A stretch of DNA of 63,222 bases from Octopus bimaculoides (Eukaryota). The position numbers and the translations under genes were made by a program. The notes under the pieces are model-generated. The model was not told the origin of the DNA. It saw only the letters and a list, made by a program, of their open reading frames with translations, and did not search any database. Positions 1-12,774 of this stretch are shown one piece after another; the first letter of the stretch is position 1, and each line of letters starts with the position of its first letter. Location: NCBI RefSeq assembly GCF_001194135.2, contig NC_069009.1, positions 1,469,431 through 1,532,652 on the forward strand, read 5' to 3'.

Positions 1-215
1 TTACATTTATTATTTTAACCGAAAAGGTTCCTCCCGTGATTTTTAAGTTAATAAAGAAAACGGCCAAAATCGGTGTAGATGGGTATTTTTCTTAAGTTTA
101 TAGCATCCAATTAAGCATAACAAGAAAGTTACTTCTTAATTTTTTTTTTTTACAAAAATTATACCATTATATTAATAGAATGAACTGTCAGTTTTCCAAA
201 TAGCAAATTAAAACT

Positions 216-840
216 TGAAATGAAAACACTGAAATATCCACTAAAATAATGAAATATCTACTTAAATAATTGAAATTAAAAATCTGGTGCTTTTTCATAG
301 CGATAACAAGTAAATTAGTGATTTTCTAGGCATAAATTATGAAGTTTACTGGACAATAGAATTAATATCGATTTCAGACTAGCAATATTTAAAACCTTCA
401 AAACTGCCAGGTGTTTCCAATTAGCCAGATACATAAGCTTTTACTACAAATAAAATATGTATTAGATCTTACCTCTGATGATATATTAGTCGGTGCTTTA
501 TAAGAAATATTTTTAATTACACAAATAAGCGATCTAGCGAAAAAGACACATCAAAATTCCGACACGGAACGTCAACGAAACGAATTAAGAATCAGGTTGT
601 TTTATGCTCCTCGTATTAATAACACTTTTGTCTGATGCTAAAACTAAATTGGTAAAGTTTTGAAAATGTGAATTGTAAGAAAAAAATCCGAATAATGACA
701 AATGATAGAAAGCTAGAACCTGAAAATTTCACAGCTACTTTTACGCTATCCGTGTACCGAACCACAATGTTAAAGAAAGCAACATGACTTGTCAGATAGT
801 GATGGGTGTGGGGAACAGGATACGTGTTTGAAAACCATTG
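216..840 (-). promoter_or_regulatory. Orphan ZNF upstream block (putative promoter, non-coding exon 1, donor at 471-472) of a gene left of the window
   Basis: Near-identical to 5025-5298 and homologous to 19500-20080; AG|GTAAGA donor; CCGACAC...AACGAAACGAA motif at 559. Confidence 0.6.
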
Positions 841-1199
841 TTGGTCTGTTTACACTCCTGTGACTTAGTTCTCCAGCAAAAGAGTCGGATGGTATAGCTA
901 CCAGATATAAAATGTTTTGATATAGTCTTTCTCATTCGCAAAACGATCCTCCCCGTTAATTTTGTTTAGATCGTTTTCAGCTTTGGTTTATCGATGTAAC
1001 TTCGAATTCTGATTACGATCAACCCATTACTTTATCTCCTAAATTGAGGAATCTGATGTTATTTGGCATTAAAATTAGGAAATTTGGGTTAATTTTAGAC
1101 AATCAACAGACAGCGGTTTAAATGTACAAGTGGCGCATTCACTTCATCTTGATATTTAATCAAATAATATCAACAAAATATATAGTTTAAAAATAAAGA

Positions 1200-1205
1200 T
1201 TTATT
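1200..1205 (-). terminator. Candidate poly(A) signal of ZNF A
   Basis: AATAAA on the minus strand at a position conserved in the 3' blocks of D and G, followed by a GT-rich tract. Confidence 0.45.
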
Positions 1206-1953
1206 GTACGTTAAGTTTGGAGAATTGGTTAACTTTTATCATACACTGATCAACTGTGTGAATTCTATAATTTATGTGTGTGTCACCATTACGACTTTTG
1301 GTTGAATGTTCTGCATATATAATGATAGGAGAAAAAAAGAGTGAGACAACTTTATTTTTGTTTCTGTTTATTAAATTAATTCACAAAATCTTTTGAGATA
1401 AGATTTTAGGGATTTAGAATAAAATAAACATGCTGTATCTATCATTGCATGGGTTAGACAAGGTACATGTTTGGACCATAGGTATGGTGAGGATAAAGCC
1501 TTTGACATGCATATTGCAGTCTCCACCCAACATCGTGAAAAACATCAATAAACCACCAGCTTGTTCTGGGATGTGTGGAGCAGTAATACAAAAGGTTACA
1601 GATCATGGAATACCTAGCCATATGTCATGTCATGCATTAGTATCATTATCACATATCCACAAAAAAAAACCCCAGAACAAATGAATTAAATCAACACTAT
1701 TTGAATGAAAAGCACACATTATAATTAGTGGCAAATGAGTAAAATGTAAAAAAAACTAATTGATTGAATAACGAGTGATACAATTTCAGTACTTTATTGA
1801 CCAGGACATAAATTTCATCACTGATATTGTTATTAATTAATATGAATACATATCTGTTAAGATCAGGAACATTATTGAGAGAATGATTTACCAGGGATAA
1901 CACAATCATAAGAATCCGATCCTGAATGAATGTGTTTGTGTTTAATTAAGTAA

Positions 1954-3431
1954 TTACAAGAAAATGACATCACAGATATCACAGTAATATGGTTTCTCTC
2001 CTGTATGAATGTATTTGTGAGAAGAAAGGTTAATTTTTTTAGAGAATGATTTACCACAAATACGACATTGATATGGTTTCTCGCCTGTATGACTGTATTT
2101 GTGAGAAGTAAGGTGAATCTTCTGAAAGAATGACTGTCCACAGATATCACAACGATGCCGTTTCTCTCCTGTATGAATATATCTGTGAGAGGTAAGGTTA
2201 CTTTTCTGAGAGAATGATTTACCACAGATATCGNNNNNNNNNNNNNNNNNNNNNNNNNNNNNNNNNNNNNNNNNNNNNNNNNNNNNNNNNNNNNNNNNNN
2301 NNNNNNNNNNNNNNNNNNNNNNNNNNNNNNNNNNNNNNNNNNNNNNNNNNNNNNNNNNNNNNNNNNNNNNNNNNNNNNNNNNNNNNNNNNNNNNNNNNNN
2401 NNNNNNNNNNNNNNNNNNNNNNNNNNNNNNNNNNNNNNNNNNNNNNNNNNNNNNNNNNNNNNNNNNNNNNNNNNNNNNNNNNNNNNNNNNNNNNNNNNNN
2501 NNNNNNNNNNNNNNNNNNNNNNNNNNNNNNNNNNNNNNNNNNNNNNNNNNNNNNNNNNNNNNNNNNNNNNNNNNNNNNNNNNNNNNNNNNNNNNNNNNNN
2601 NNNNNNNNNNNNNNNNNNNNNNNNNNNNNNNNNNNNNNNNNNNNNNNNNNNNNNNNNNNNNNNNNNNNNNNNNNNNNNNNNNNNNNNNNNNNNNNNNNNN
2701 NNNNNNNNNNNNNNNNNNNNNNNNNNNNNNNNNNNNNNNNNNNNNNNNNNNNNNNNNNNNNNNNNNNNNNNNNNNNNNNNNNNNNNNNNNNNNNNNNNNN
2801 NNNNNNNNNNNNNNNNNNNNNNNNNNNNNNNNNNNNNNNNNNNNNNNNNNNNNNNNNNNNNNNNNNNNNNNNNNNCACAATGATATGATTTCTCCCCTGT
2901 ATGACTGAATTTGTGATAAGTAAGGCTATTTGTTTGAGAGAAAGATTTACCACAAATATCACAGCGATATGGTTTCTCTCCTGTATGAATGTATTTGTGA
3001 GAAGAAAGGTTAATTTTTTTAGAGAATGATTTACCACAAATACGACATTGATATGGTTTCTCGCCTGTATGACTGTATTTGTGAGAAGTAAGGTGAATCT
3101 TCTGAAAGAATGACTGTCCACAGATATCACAACGATGCCGTTTCTCTCCTGTATGAATATATCTGTGAGAGGTAAGGTTACTTTTCTGAGAGAATGATTT
3201 ACCACAGATATCGCAGCGATATGGTTTCTCTCCTGTATGAATATATTTGTGAGAAGTAAGGAGACTTTTTACAGAGAACGATTTACCACAGATATCACAA
3301 AGATATTGCTTCACCCCTGCATGAGTGAATTTGTGAACATTGAGATTTCCCATATTAGAAAAAGTCTTTTCACAGATATCACATTGGTGTGATAATTTTT
3401 CTCTTTCTTTTGTCATCTCCTTAGGATACAT
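1954..3431 (-). CDS. C2H2 zinc-finger gene A; interrupted by N-gap 2234-2875, total finger number unknown
   Basis: ATG at 3431 (MYPKEMTKEREKLSHQC...); 6 fingers with HTGEKPY linkers right of the gap and 3 left of it; left part ends ...EKPYYCDICDVIFL* at 1954. The frame across the gap cannot be verified. Confidence 0.85.
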
Positions 3432-3575
3432 TATTGTTCTCTTGTATACAAACAAAATATATTTTCCCGTTCTTCTTTATATATTTATAACATCTTCCGT
3501 TAGTCTTCAAAAGATCGTCAATATTCATAATGGATGTCACATAAAAGCTCCTTTATACCACTAACATTTCATATT

Positions 3576-5250
3576 CTGAAATGATATAGAAACAGTAGAA
3601 GATATAGGAAAAACTTACAAAGCAGAGATTCAACTATAAAAAATATTACTACATCTTCATAACGTTAAACTGTGGATATAACCTTTTACCCAAACAAGTG
3701 GTCTTTGAAATTTATTTTGCTATTAAAATTATATGATACAACCTGGTGTAATATCTACATATACACTGACTTCAGCTCCTCTATTTTCAGATATTATGTA
3801 AAACGTTAAACTATAGAATATTGGGCAATAATATTCTACTATCTTCAGTAACAAAAGTCACTGTTTAACCCTAGACTGAGCAGGTCTATTATTACTGAAA
3901 TTAGGTAGTGTTTATGACGGTTACAACTTTTATAACAGATCAAACATAAACATAACTACAATTTAGTGAACCAACCCATCATGACTTTTCCTTTTGTAAC
4001 TTTCTTCATAATAAAAACAAACTACAGTCACATATGTTGAAGGTGTAGTCACTAATTTAGAGTGATTGCTCTGTGATTTAATGTATGAAGAGTACCCGTG
4101 GGAGAAATTGTACAAATCCCTTTCAAACGGCATAGATTACGATTATAAAGAAATTTGTGGGGGAAATATTTTTCCGCGGGACTGGGGAGAGGCGCTTCAG
4201 TAAAACGAAGCAAGTTAATATTGTTACTAATGGGAGAAAAAAATTATATCCGGATGATTTCACATTCACACGATGTGAACATCGCTCTCTAGTTTCAAAT
4301 TTAAAACACAGAGAGTGGGTGATATTGAGAAATATCCCTTTGCCATTAGCTGGGCTTGAAACAGTGCTCTAGTTCAGGGGTTTTCAAACTTTTTGACTTG
4401 TGGACTCCTTTATATTTCAGGCTTTACCTTAGGGACCCCCTTAAAAACGCTTATGAAATTTATACATAAATATTTGCTTAAAATAACATATATTTTTACA
4501 TTTATTTATTTAACAGTATTTAACAAATAGGTTTATTGTCAATTAAAAGATTTCGATTTAAAAACATATATAAAATCAAATTGCCCATAAAAAGTATTTG
4601 CTGTCCACGGACCCCCTGTCTTGTCCTTGCGAACCCCCTGTGGTCCGCAGACCACAGTTTGAAAACCCCCTGCTCTAGTTGTTCATGCTAGCAGGATTTC
4701 AATTGTCTTGTCAGAAGGCATGGTTTTTTTACAACTATAGGTACTTGATCTCTTGACCCCTACAGTCACAGAGTTTAAAATGACAGTTTCAAAGGTAAAC
4801 ACACAGCGTTACCTGCAATATACCTGTCTTTCTGGCTGTATCGCCAGATATATACAGGTAACTCTCGAGTTGCAAGGACAGACGGAGAGAGCGAGGGAGA
4901 CAAGCCACCTAGCAGGGGAGATGCACATTTTACCCAGTGGAGTTAGTGTTGAGGTGTGGAAGAAAGAAACAGGTGCAAATGAAGCGACCAGGAATGTGAA
5001 CATCGCAGAAGTAAATGATAAAAACTCTGAAATATCTACTGAAATGATTGAAATTAAAAATATTGTGCTTTTTCATGGCCATGACGATTAAAATCCAAAT
5101 TTTCTAGGCATAAATTATGAAGTTTACTGGACAATAGAATTAATATCGATTTCAGACTAGCAATATTTAAAACCTTCAAAACTGCCAGGTGTTTCCAATT
5201 AGCGAGATACATAGGCTTTTACTAAAAATAAAATATGTATTACATCTTAC
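3576..5250 (-). other. Predicted 5' UTR intron of ZNF A
   Basis: Donor AG|GTAAGA at 5250, acceptor tttctatatcatttcag at 3576; same sites in paralogs. Confidence 0.6.
4375..4672. mobile_element. Non-autonomous hAT (Charlie-like) MITE, copy 1
   Basis: TIR CAGGGG(G)TTTTCAAACT at both ends; 8-bp TSD CTCTAGTT (4367-4374 / 4673-4680). Confidence 0.9.
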
Positions 5251-6084
5251 CTCTGATGATATATTAGTCGGTGCTTAATATGAAATATTTTTAATTACGG
5301 GTGGAAGGTACAAAAGGAAGTCTTTCCTTGTACCTTTATACTTTCTCATTCATTGCGATCCTTTTATTCCCCTGTCTCCCTTACAACCTTCTGCCGTTTT
5401 TCTCCACTACGATCCTCCTCTTATTCACTGCGAACCTCCCTTTTAATACCTTCTTCCTACCTTCAAAGCTTTTTACTTAATTCATTCTTTCATTCCGTCT
5501 TTGTTGACATATTCTCTTAATCAACTTTCCTACCTTTTTAGAATTAATTCCTCCAAGGTATTTCCGATTCTTTTTAACATAATTTTCTCCCTCTCATTAC
5601 ATTTTCCTGTAATCAATTCTCCGTTATGTTGGTGGAATGGTTAGCATGCCAGACTCCGTCTCTTGTGTTTATTAGTTTTGCGTTCAAATCCCGGCGGCGT
5701 CGATTTTGCCTTCCATCCTTTAGGAATCGATGCGATTGATTAATTCCTTTCCTAATATTTCAAACGTGTATTTAACAGATTCTTGTCTTTTTTTCTTTTC
5801 TTCATCTTTTATAGATGCAAACATCCAGCGACTGTCAACCTGATCTTAATGAATATTCATTCGTTGTTTCTGTTATTATTTCATGGACAAGCATTAATTT
5901 TTGAACTGATTCATATTTGATTATCATCATGAATGCTCTCTAATGTAAATAAATTAATAATAATAATAATAAAAATTCCATAGCGTAATTTCCAGGCAAG
6001 GGGTAATGTATAAATACTATAATGGTTCACTTTTACGAAACGAAAAAGAGGTATAACTACAGTTTGGTGCCCCGCTGACGAAAT

Positions 6085-6330
6085 TTTTTTCTTTGATGTG
6101 ATCTTTGCAGTGTGTAGTCACGCATTGACCTGATGAAACACCACTCCTTTTCGATTCACTAAAGCGGGTCTTTTTTTCTTCAAAGCTTGGTTCAAACGCT
6201 CTAATTGCTGACAGTAGACTTGAGCATTGGTTGTTGCATTAGGTGGTAACAATTCAAAGTGAATTACTCCTTTGCAATCCCACCAGACAGAGAGAAGAAC
6301 CTTTTTCCCATTAAGTTCGCCTTCTTGGTT
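6085..6330 (-). mobile_element. Mariner (Tc1/mariner DD34D) transposase remnant
   Basis: KKVLLSVWWDCKGVIHFELLPPNATTNAQVYCQQLERLNQALKKKRPALVNRKGVVFHQVNA*LHTAKIT matches the mariner catalytic region; catalytic D and RPH are mutated. Confidence 0.88.
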
Positions 6331-6726
6331 GTGGTTGAGCTTTTTCCCTTTTACCAAGCCACCATTTACGATGTTTAACATTTTAATAGAAGATCCATTT
6401 TTCACTTGAGTATTCTCTGTAGCTTATAGTGTTGTTTTTCTATTATTTCAGGATATCAGATGACATTGGATTTAAAGAATTATGTTTTACCCTGGATGTG
6501 TCACCAATATTTATCATCATTCAAGAACCAAAAGAACATGTTATTTTTTTCATAAAACCTGTGATATGTTTCCTCAGAACTGAAGTATATAGTAAAAAAA
6601 AAAACAATGTCTTTACTTCATTGTCTGAAATGTGTACCTGAAGGATGTGGATTCTAATTTAATTCACATTACAAAGTAATTAGCAGCATCCACAGATATT
6701 GACTAAAATTACAGTTGATATAAATA

Positions 6727-7135
6727 TTCTTTTCTACTCTAGGTACAAGGCCTGAAATTTTGGGGGAGGGGGCCAGTTGACCAGATTGACCCCCCAGTAC
6801 ACAACTGGTACTTGATTTATCGACCCCAAAATGATGAAAGGCAAAGTCAACCTTGGTAGAATTTGAACTCAGAACATAGCGGAAGATGAAATACCACTAA
6901 GCATTTTGCCTGGCGTGCTAGCGTTTCGTTTCTATTCTAGGCACAAGGCTCAAAATTTATGGGGAGGGAGCCAGTCGATTACATTGACCCCAGTACATAA
7001 CTGGTACTTAATTTATCTACCCCCGAAAGGTTGAAAAGTAAAGTCGACCTCGGCGGAATTTGAACTCAGAACGTAAAGACAGACGAAATACTGCTAAGCA
7101 TTTTGCCTGGTGTACTAGCATTTCTGCCAGCTTGC
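6727..7135 (-). mobile_element. Two tandem SINE family C units upstream of ZNF B
   Basis: B-box-like GAGTTCAAATTCC and GGGGTCGAT motifs, each twice. Confidence 0.75.
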
Positions 7136-7264
7136 TGCCTTAGTTGATATACAAATATTGCAAAAGAAATATGTCTTAGGAATTAAATATATGTGTGTGT
7201 GTGTGTGTGTCTGTAACTGTTCAGAAGAAAAACACTTGTGTAGTATGGTGAGAGAAGAAAAATT

Positions 7265-8362
7265 ATGGAAAATGAATTGTGTGAGAGCACAGGTAAATAT
7301 GAAACACAAACTGAAATGTTTGGTTTTTCTGATGAGACACCAAAAGATTCCGAAACAGCATTATACCAGTGTGATATATGTAAAAGATCTTTCTCTCAAA
7401 AATGTGATCTCACTACACACCAACTTGTTCATACAAAAAAGATGCCACATTCGTGTGATATCTGCGATAAATCCTTCTCTCTAAGTCATCACTTAACTGT
7501 GCACAAACGCATTCATACAGGAGAGAAGCCATATCATTGTGATACTTGTGGTAAATCCTTTCCTACAAGTAGTAACTTAAATAAACACAAACGCATTCAT
7601 ACAGGAGAGAAACCATATCGCTGTGATATCTGCGGCACATCGTTCTCTCAAAATGACCTCTTAACTAAACACAAACGCATCCATACCGGAGAGAAACCAT
7701 ATCACTGTGATATCTGTAGTAAATCATTCTCCGAAGGAAGTACGTTGAGAAAACACAAACGCATTCACACAGGAGAGAAGCCATATGATTGCGATATCTG
7801 TGGGAAAGCATTCTCTCAAAAAACCAACTTAACTAAGCACAAGCTCATTCATACAGGAGATAAGCCATATCAGTGTGATATCTGTGGTAATTCTTTCTCA
7901 CAAAATTATCTCTTGACTAAGCACAAACAGATCCATACTGGAGAGAAGCCATACGATTGTGATGTTTGTGGTAAATCCTTTTCTGTGAGTAGTAACCTAA
8001 CCACGCACATACGAACTCATACGGGGGAGAAGCCATATCACTGTGATATCTGTGGTAAAGCATTCTCTTTGAATTATTACTTGTTTATCCACAAACGCAT
8101 TCACACGGGTGAAAAACCATACCACTGTGATGTCTGCAGCAAATCGTTCTCTCGTAACCATGACCTAACCATCCACAAGCGTTATCATACAGGAGAGAAG
8201 CCATATCACTGCGATGTCTGTGGCAAGTCGTTTTCTGCAAGTGGTAACTTAACGAAACACATACGCATCCATACGGGAGAGAAACCATATCACTGTGATA
8301 TCTGTGGTAAATCATTCTCAGCAAGTTATAACTTAACGGAACACATGTGTATTCATAAATGA
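7265..8362 (+). CDS. C2H2 zinc-finger gene B, 365 aa, 12 fingers, distinct acidic leader
   Basis: Uninterrupted ORF with 12 CxxC-x12-HxxxH units and TGEKPY linkers; possible acceptor TTCAG at 7220-7224. Confidence 0.95.
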   Translation: MENELCESTGKYETQTEMFGFSDETPKDSETALYQCDICKRSFSQKCDLTTHQLVHTKKMPHSCDICDKSFSLSHHLTVHKRIHTGEKPYHCDTCGKSFPTSSNLNKHKRIHTGEKPYRCDICGTSFSQNDLLTKHKRIHTGEKPYHCDICSKSFSEGSTLRKHKRIHTGEKPYDCDICGKAFSQKTNLTKHKLIHTGDKPYQCDICGNSFSQNYLLTKHKQIHTGEKPYDCDVCGKSFSVSSNLTTHIRTHTGEKPYHCDICGKAFSLNYYLFIHKRIHTGEKPYHCDVCSKSFSRNHDLTIHKRYHTGEKPYHCDVCGKSFSASGNLTKHIRIHTGEKPYHCDICGKSFSASYNLTEHMCIHK

Positions 8363-11039
8363 GAAAAGAATATCATCGTTTTCTCCACTTATCACTAAAT
8401 CATCACCATCATCATCATTTAGCATCCTCTTTTCCTGGCATGGGTTAGATGGTTTGACAAAAACCAATGCATGGTTTCTACAGCTGGATGCCTTTCCTAA
8501 GGCCAACCACTTAACAGAGGGTACTAGGTGCTTTTTATGTGACACCAGCACTGGTGAGGTCGCCAAGTACCCACAAGATAAAAACCACTCAACTGAGTCA
8601 GGTTTAGACTGGAGAAAGAAAAAGTATCGCAGAGGGAGAGGAGCAGATTTCTTGCTGAAGAGGGAGAAAGACTGAGAACAAAGGGTGTTTATTTACCTGT
8701 GTATGTGTGCGTAGACGTCACTTTGGCGACATCTGTTTCTGCCTTTAGGTTGTAAAATTGCAAATAAGCCACCCATATTATTTATATATATCTCATCATC
8801 ATCATCATCATCCAGTGCTTTAAATCCGGGTTTTGTCCCCGTTAACGGGGATGGCCAGAGCTACCTCAGTGACATAAGGCAATTTTGGAGCTGGATTTTC
8901 TACAGAGAGGGAGCATGCCCTTGCTTACCCCACAACCTCAGTTTCTAGACATGAGTGGTCCCGAGACCAAGGCCTCTACTATGATTATATATATATATAT
9001 ATATATATGCACGTATCTAGCATGAAGAACTTAAGCGAGCTGCACGAAAGCGCATGGCTCATATAGCGAATGGGGAAAGCTTAATCTGCAATGTTTGCAG
9101 TCGTGTATGCTTTTCATGAGCCGCAAATGCAAAATATAAGTTAGTCCTAGAGCGCACAATGTTCCTGAAGGTCGATCACGAGTGGACGGCCATCATCATA
9201 TATATATATATATACATCTCTGGGAGAGCAGTGTCCTCTCCAAATGGAGCTGCTCAGACACCCATGCAGCAACCGAATCCTACCGCTGTCTTGGGTGACA
9301 AGGAGACGACTTTATATCCAGCATGCTCGGTCAAGAGTGGACAGCCATCATATATATATATATATATATATACACTCACACATATTCTAATCAAATTAGA
9401 AGCTCTTTTATAAGAACTGCCTGAAAATGTGTACTCCAAAAAATAAAGAATTTGTACCACTTTGAACAAGAATGCCTTCATTTTTCTGTTGTTTTTGTTG
9501 ACNNNNNNNNNNNNNNNNNNNNNNNNNNNNNNNNNNNNNNNNNNNNNNNNNNNNNNNNNNNNNNNNNNNNNNNNNNNNNNNNNNNNNNNNNNNNNNNNNN
9601 NNNNNNNNNNNNNNNNNNNNNNNNNNNNNNNNNNNNNNNNNNNNNNNNNNNNNNNNNNNNNNNNNNNNNNNNNNNNNNNNNNNNNNNNNNNNNNNNNNNN
9701 NNNNNNNNNNNNNNNNNNNNNNNNNNNNNNNNNNNNNNNNNNNNNNNNNNNNNNNNNNNNNNNNNNNNNNNNNNNNNNNNNNNNNNNNNNNNNNNNNNNN
9801 NNNNNNNNNNNNNNNNNNNNNNNNNNNNNNNNNNNNNNNNNNNNNNNNNNNNNNNNNNNNNNNNNNNNNNNNNNNNNNNNNNNNNNNNNNNNNNNNNNNN
9901 NNNNNNNNNNNNNNNNNNNNNNNNNNNNNNNNNNNNNNNNNNNNNNNNNNNNNNNNNNNNNNNNNNNNNNNNNNNNNNNNNNNNNNNNNNNNNNNNNNNN
10001 NNNNNNNNNNNNNNNNNNNNNNNNNNNNNNNNNNNNNNNNNNNNNNNNNNNNNNNNNNNNNNNNNNNNNNNNNNNNNNNNNNNNNNNNNNNNNNNNNNNN
10101 NNNNNNNNNNNNNNNNNNNNNNNNNNNNNNNNNNNNNNNNNNNNNNNNNNNNNNNNNNNNNNNNNNNNNNNNNNNNNNNNNNNNNNNNNNNNNNNNNNNN
10201 NNNNNNNNNNNNNNNNNNNNNNNNNNNNNNNNNNNNNNNNNNNNNNNNNNNNNNNNNNNNNNNNNNNNNNNNNNNNNNNNNNNNNNNAGTATTATCCGTA
10301 CTACTTATTTCTCTAAAACAGCATGCGACGGAATTTTAACAGGCAGAAAAGAATCTAAAACAGCATTTTCCATTTTTCCTCTAATATTAATTCAGAAGTC
10401 AGGATTTCGTTTTCAGCAACAATAAGATGTTGTGCAGCCGTTCTTCCACGAGGCATTTTCGATTTCTCATAAGAAACTATGATATTCAATCACGTGTGTG
10501 ATTTATATTATAAACAGTTAACGGCAATCAAATCACGTGATTTATTTATAAACAAAGAAGTACGGATAATACTGGTAAGACGTTCAGTTATTCCCCTTGT
10601 AATTTATTTACTTTTTTAACCCCTCGAAACTGGAAGATTACCGTTATTTTTAATAAACTCCGATGATCTTGCCTAATTCGAAGCTCCATACAATAGTAAA
10701 AATATTCAATGTTGCTAGTCTATGTTCGATATGAATTCTTTTGTCCGTAAACTTCTTTAATTATGCTAAGAAAGTCTGGATTTTACTTGGCATGGACATC
10801 AAAATGCTCCAAATTTTTAATTTCTTTAATTACATTAGATATTCCATTTGCTGATAGTGTCCATTCAAAGCCGTTTATTGTTTTATCATAGCGGTATCAC
10901 TTGCTACATATCTCTGTTGTTTATTCTGTCAAAATGATCCACGTTAATAGTTCAGTCCATTTTTAGCTCCTGAGAATAAACAATTATCTGCCAGATCGTA
11001 AAACACAAATAGCCAACTGAAACGTGGAGCCTTGATTTT

Positions 11040-11357
11040 TGTTGTTGGCACTCCGTCGCTTACGACGCCGAGGGTTCCAGTTGATCCGATCAACGGAACA
11101 GCCTGCTCGTGAAATTAACGTGCAAGTGGCTGAGCACTCCACAGACACGTGTACTCTTAACGTAATTCTCGGGGAGATTCGGTGTGACACAGTGAAATTA
11201 ACGTGCAAGTGGCTGAGCACTCCACAGACACGTGTACCCTTAAGGTAGTTCTTGGGAAGATTCGGCGTGACACAGTGAAATTAACGTGCAAGTGGCTGAG
11301 CACTCCACAGACACGTATACCCTTAACGTAGTTCTCGGGGAGATTCAGCGTGACACA
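11040..11357 (-). mobile_element. SINE family A, 3' part, with internal 83-bp triplication
   Basis: (AAC)n tail at 11040; unit repeats start at 11109, 11192, 11275. Confidence 0.85.
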
Positions 11358-11594
11358 GTTTTTATATATATATATATATATATAAACTACACTCTCGGAG
11401 TGGTTGGCGTTAGGAAGGGCATCCAGCAGCAGAAACTCTGCCAGATCAGAAGGGAGCCTGGTGCAGTCATCTGGTTTCACCAGTCCTCAGTCAAATCGTC
11501 CAACCCATGCTAGCATGGCTACAGTCAAATGACTGAAACAAGTAAAAGAGTAATATTTCTATAGTTGAATCTCTGCTTTTTAAGTATTTTCTAT

Positions 11595-11619
11595 ATCTTC
11601 TCTTTCTCTATCATTTCAG
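11595..11619 (+). promoter_or_regulatory. Splice acceptor of the ZNF C coding exon
   Basis: tctttctctatcatttcag, homologous to the acceptor upstream of A and D-H. Confidence 0.65.
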
Positions 11620-11994
11620 AAAAGGAGTTTGTTATGTCAGATACATCAAGAAAATTGATCATCTTTTGAAGACTAATGGAAGATGTTATAAATAATAGAT
11701 ATCACCCTGTTTATAGAATATATCTATGGTGAATATCTGTGAGATAACAATATCTCTTCTGATTAATAGCAACGTTTCTTTTCCTCGTTGCCTGTAATAT
11801 TTACAAAACTATTTCACACTCTGTTTAAACTTGGAAAATCTGCAAAGGTGTTTGTATCGTCTTCAGATATTGACAAAGATCATAGTTGCTGGAAATATAG
11901 CTGTTGAAGTGTTTGAATAAACATAGAAATATAAAGAAAAGAAAACAAAAAAATATATATATATTGTGGTGTCGTAAAGAAACATTATAGAACA

Positions 11995-12651
11995 ATGAGT
12001 TATGTGAGAAATGTAAAGAATGACTTATTTCCTGAAGAGATGACAAAAGAAAGAGGAAAAAAGTTGTACCATTGTGACGTCTGTAACAAGTCATTCTCTC
12101 ACAAGGGAAATCTCAATAGACACAAACGTATTCACACAGGAGAGAAGCCATATCACTGTGATATCTGTGGGGAAGCATTCTCTAAAAAATACACTTTGAC
12201 TACTCACACATACATTCATACAGGAGAGAAACCTTATTGCTGTGATATCTGTGGTAAATCATTCTCCCAGATAGGTGCCTTAACTATCCACAAATATATT
12301 CATACAGGAGAGAAGCCATTTCACTGTGACATCTGTGGTAAATCATTTTCTCAGAGCGGTAACTTAAGTAAACATATACACATTCATACTGGTGAAAAGC
12401 CATACGGCTGTGATATTTGTGGTAAATCCTTCTCTCAGATTGGTTCCTTAACTATGCACAAACGTATTCACACAGGAGAGAAGCCATATCACTGTGATAT
12501 CTGTGGTAAATTTTTCTCTCAGACATGTAACTTAGCTACACACAAATGTATTCATACAGGAGAAAAGCCATATTCCTGTGAGATATGTGGTAAATCGTTC
12601 TCTCAAAGTGGTAACTTAACTAAACATATATCTATACATATTGATCACTGA
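11995..12651 (+). CDS. C2H2 zinc-finger gene C, 218 aa, 7 fingers
   Basis: [27 protein letters not shown] leader homologous to D-H; 7 fingers; ends HISIHIDH*. Confidence 0.95.
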   Translation: MSYVRNVKNDLFPEEMTKERGKKLYHCDVCNKSFSHKGNLNRHKRIHTGEKPYHCDICGEAFSKKYTLTTHTYIHTGEKPYCCDICGKSFSQIGALTIHKYIHTGEKPFHCDICGKSFSQSGNLSKHIHIHTGEKPYGCDICGKSFSQIGSLTMHKRIHTGEKPYHCDICGKFFSQTCNLATHKCIHTGEKPYSCEICGKSFSQSGNLTKHISIHIDH

Positions 12652-12774
12652 CAAAATCCACAGCAAAACGAACATCATGGTAATCATAGAACAGCAATTT
12701 TATTAATTTTTGCTCAACAATTAATTTTTTTACATTTTCCTTGTTTGGTTAAATACACTAATTACAGCATATTT

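Noticed and set aside
4753-5091. 112-aa ORF in the ZNF A intron
   Set aside because: TTG start, no recognisable domain, and it runs into the non-coding paralogous block
7330-7360. CTGATGA...GAAA hammerhead-like spacing in ZNF B
   Set aside because: Stem II does not pair and the segment is protein-coding ([10 protein letters not shown])
11109-11357. Link between the 83-bp SINE triplication and the 84-bp finger period
   Set aside because: No sequence similarity; the length match is coincidental
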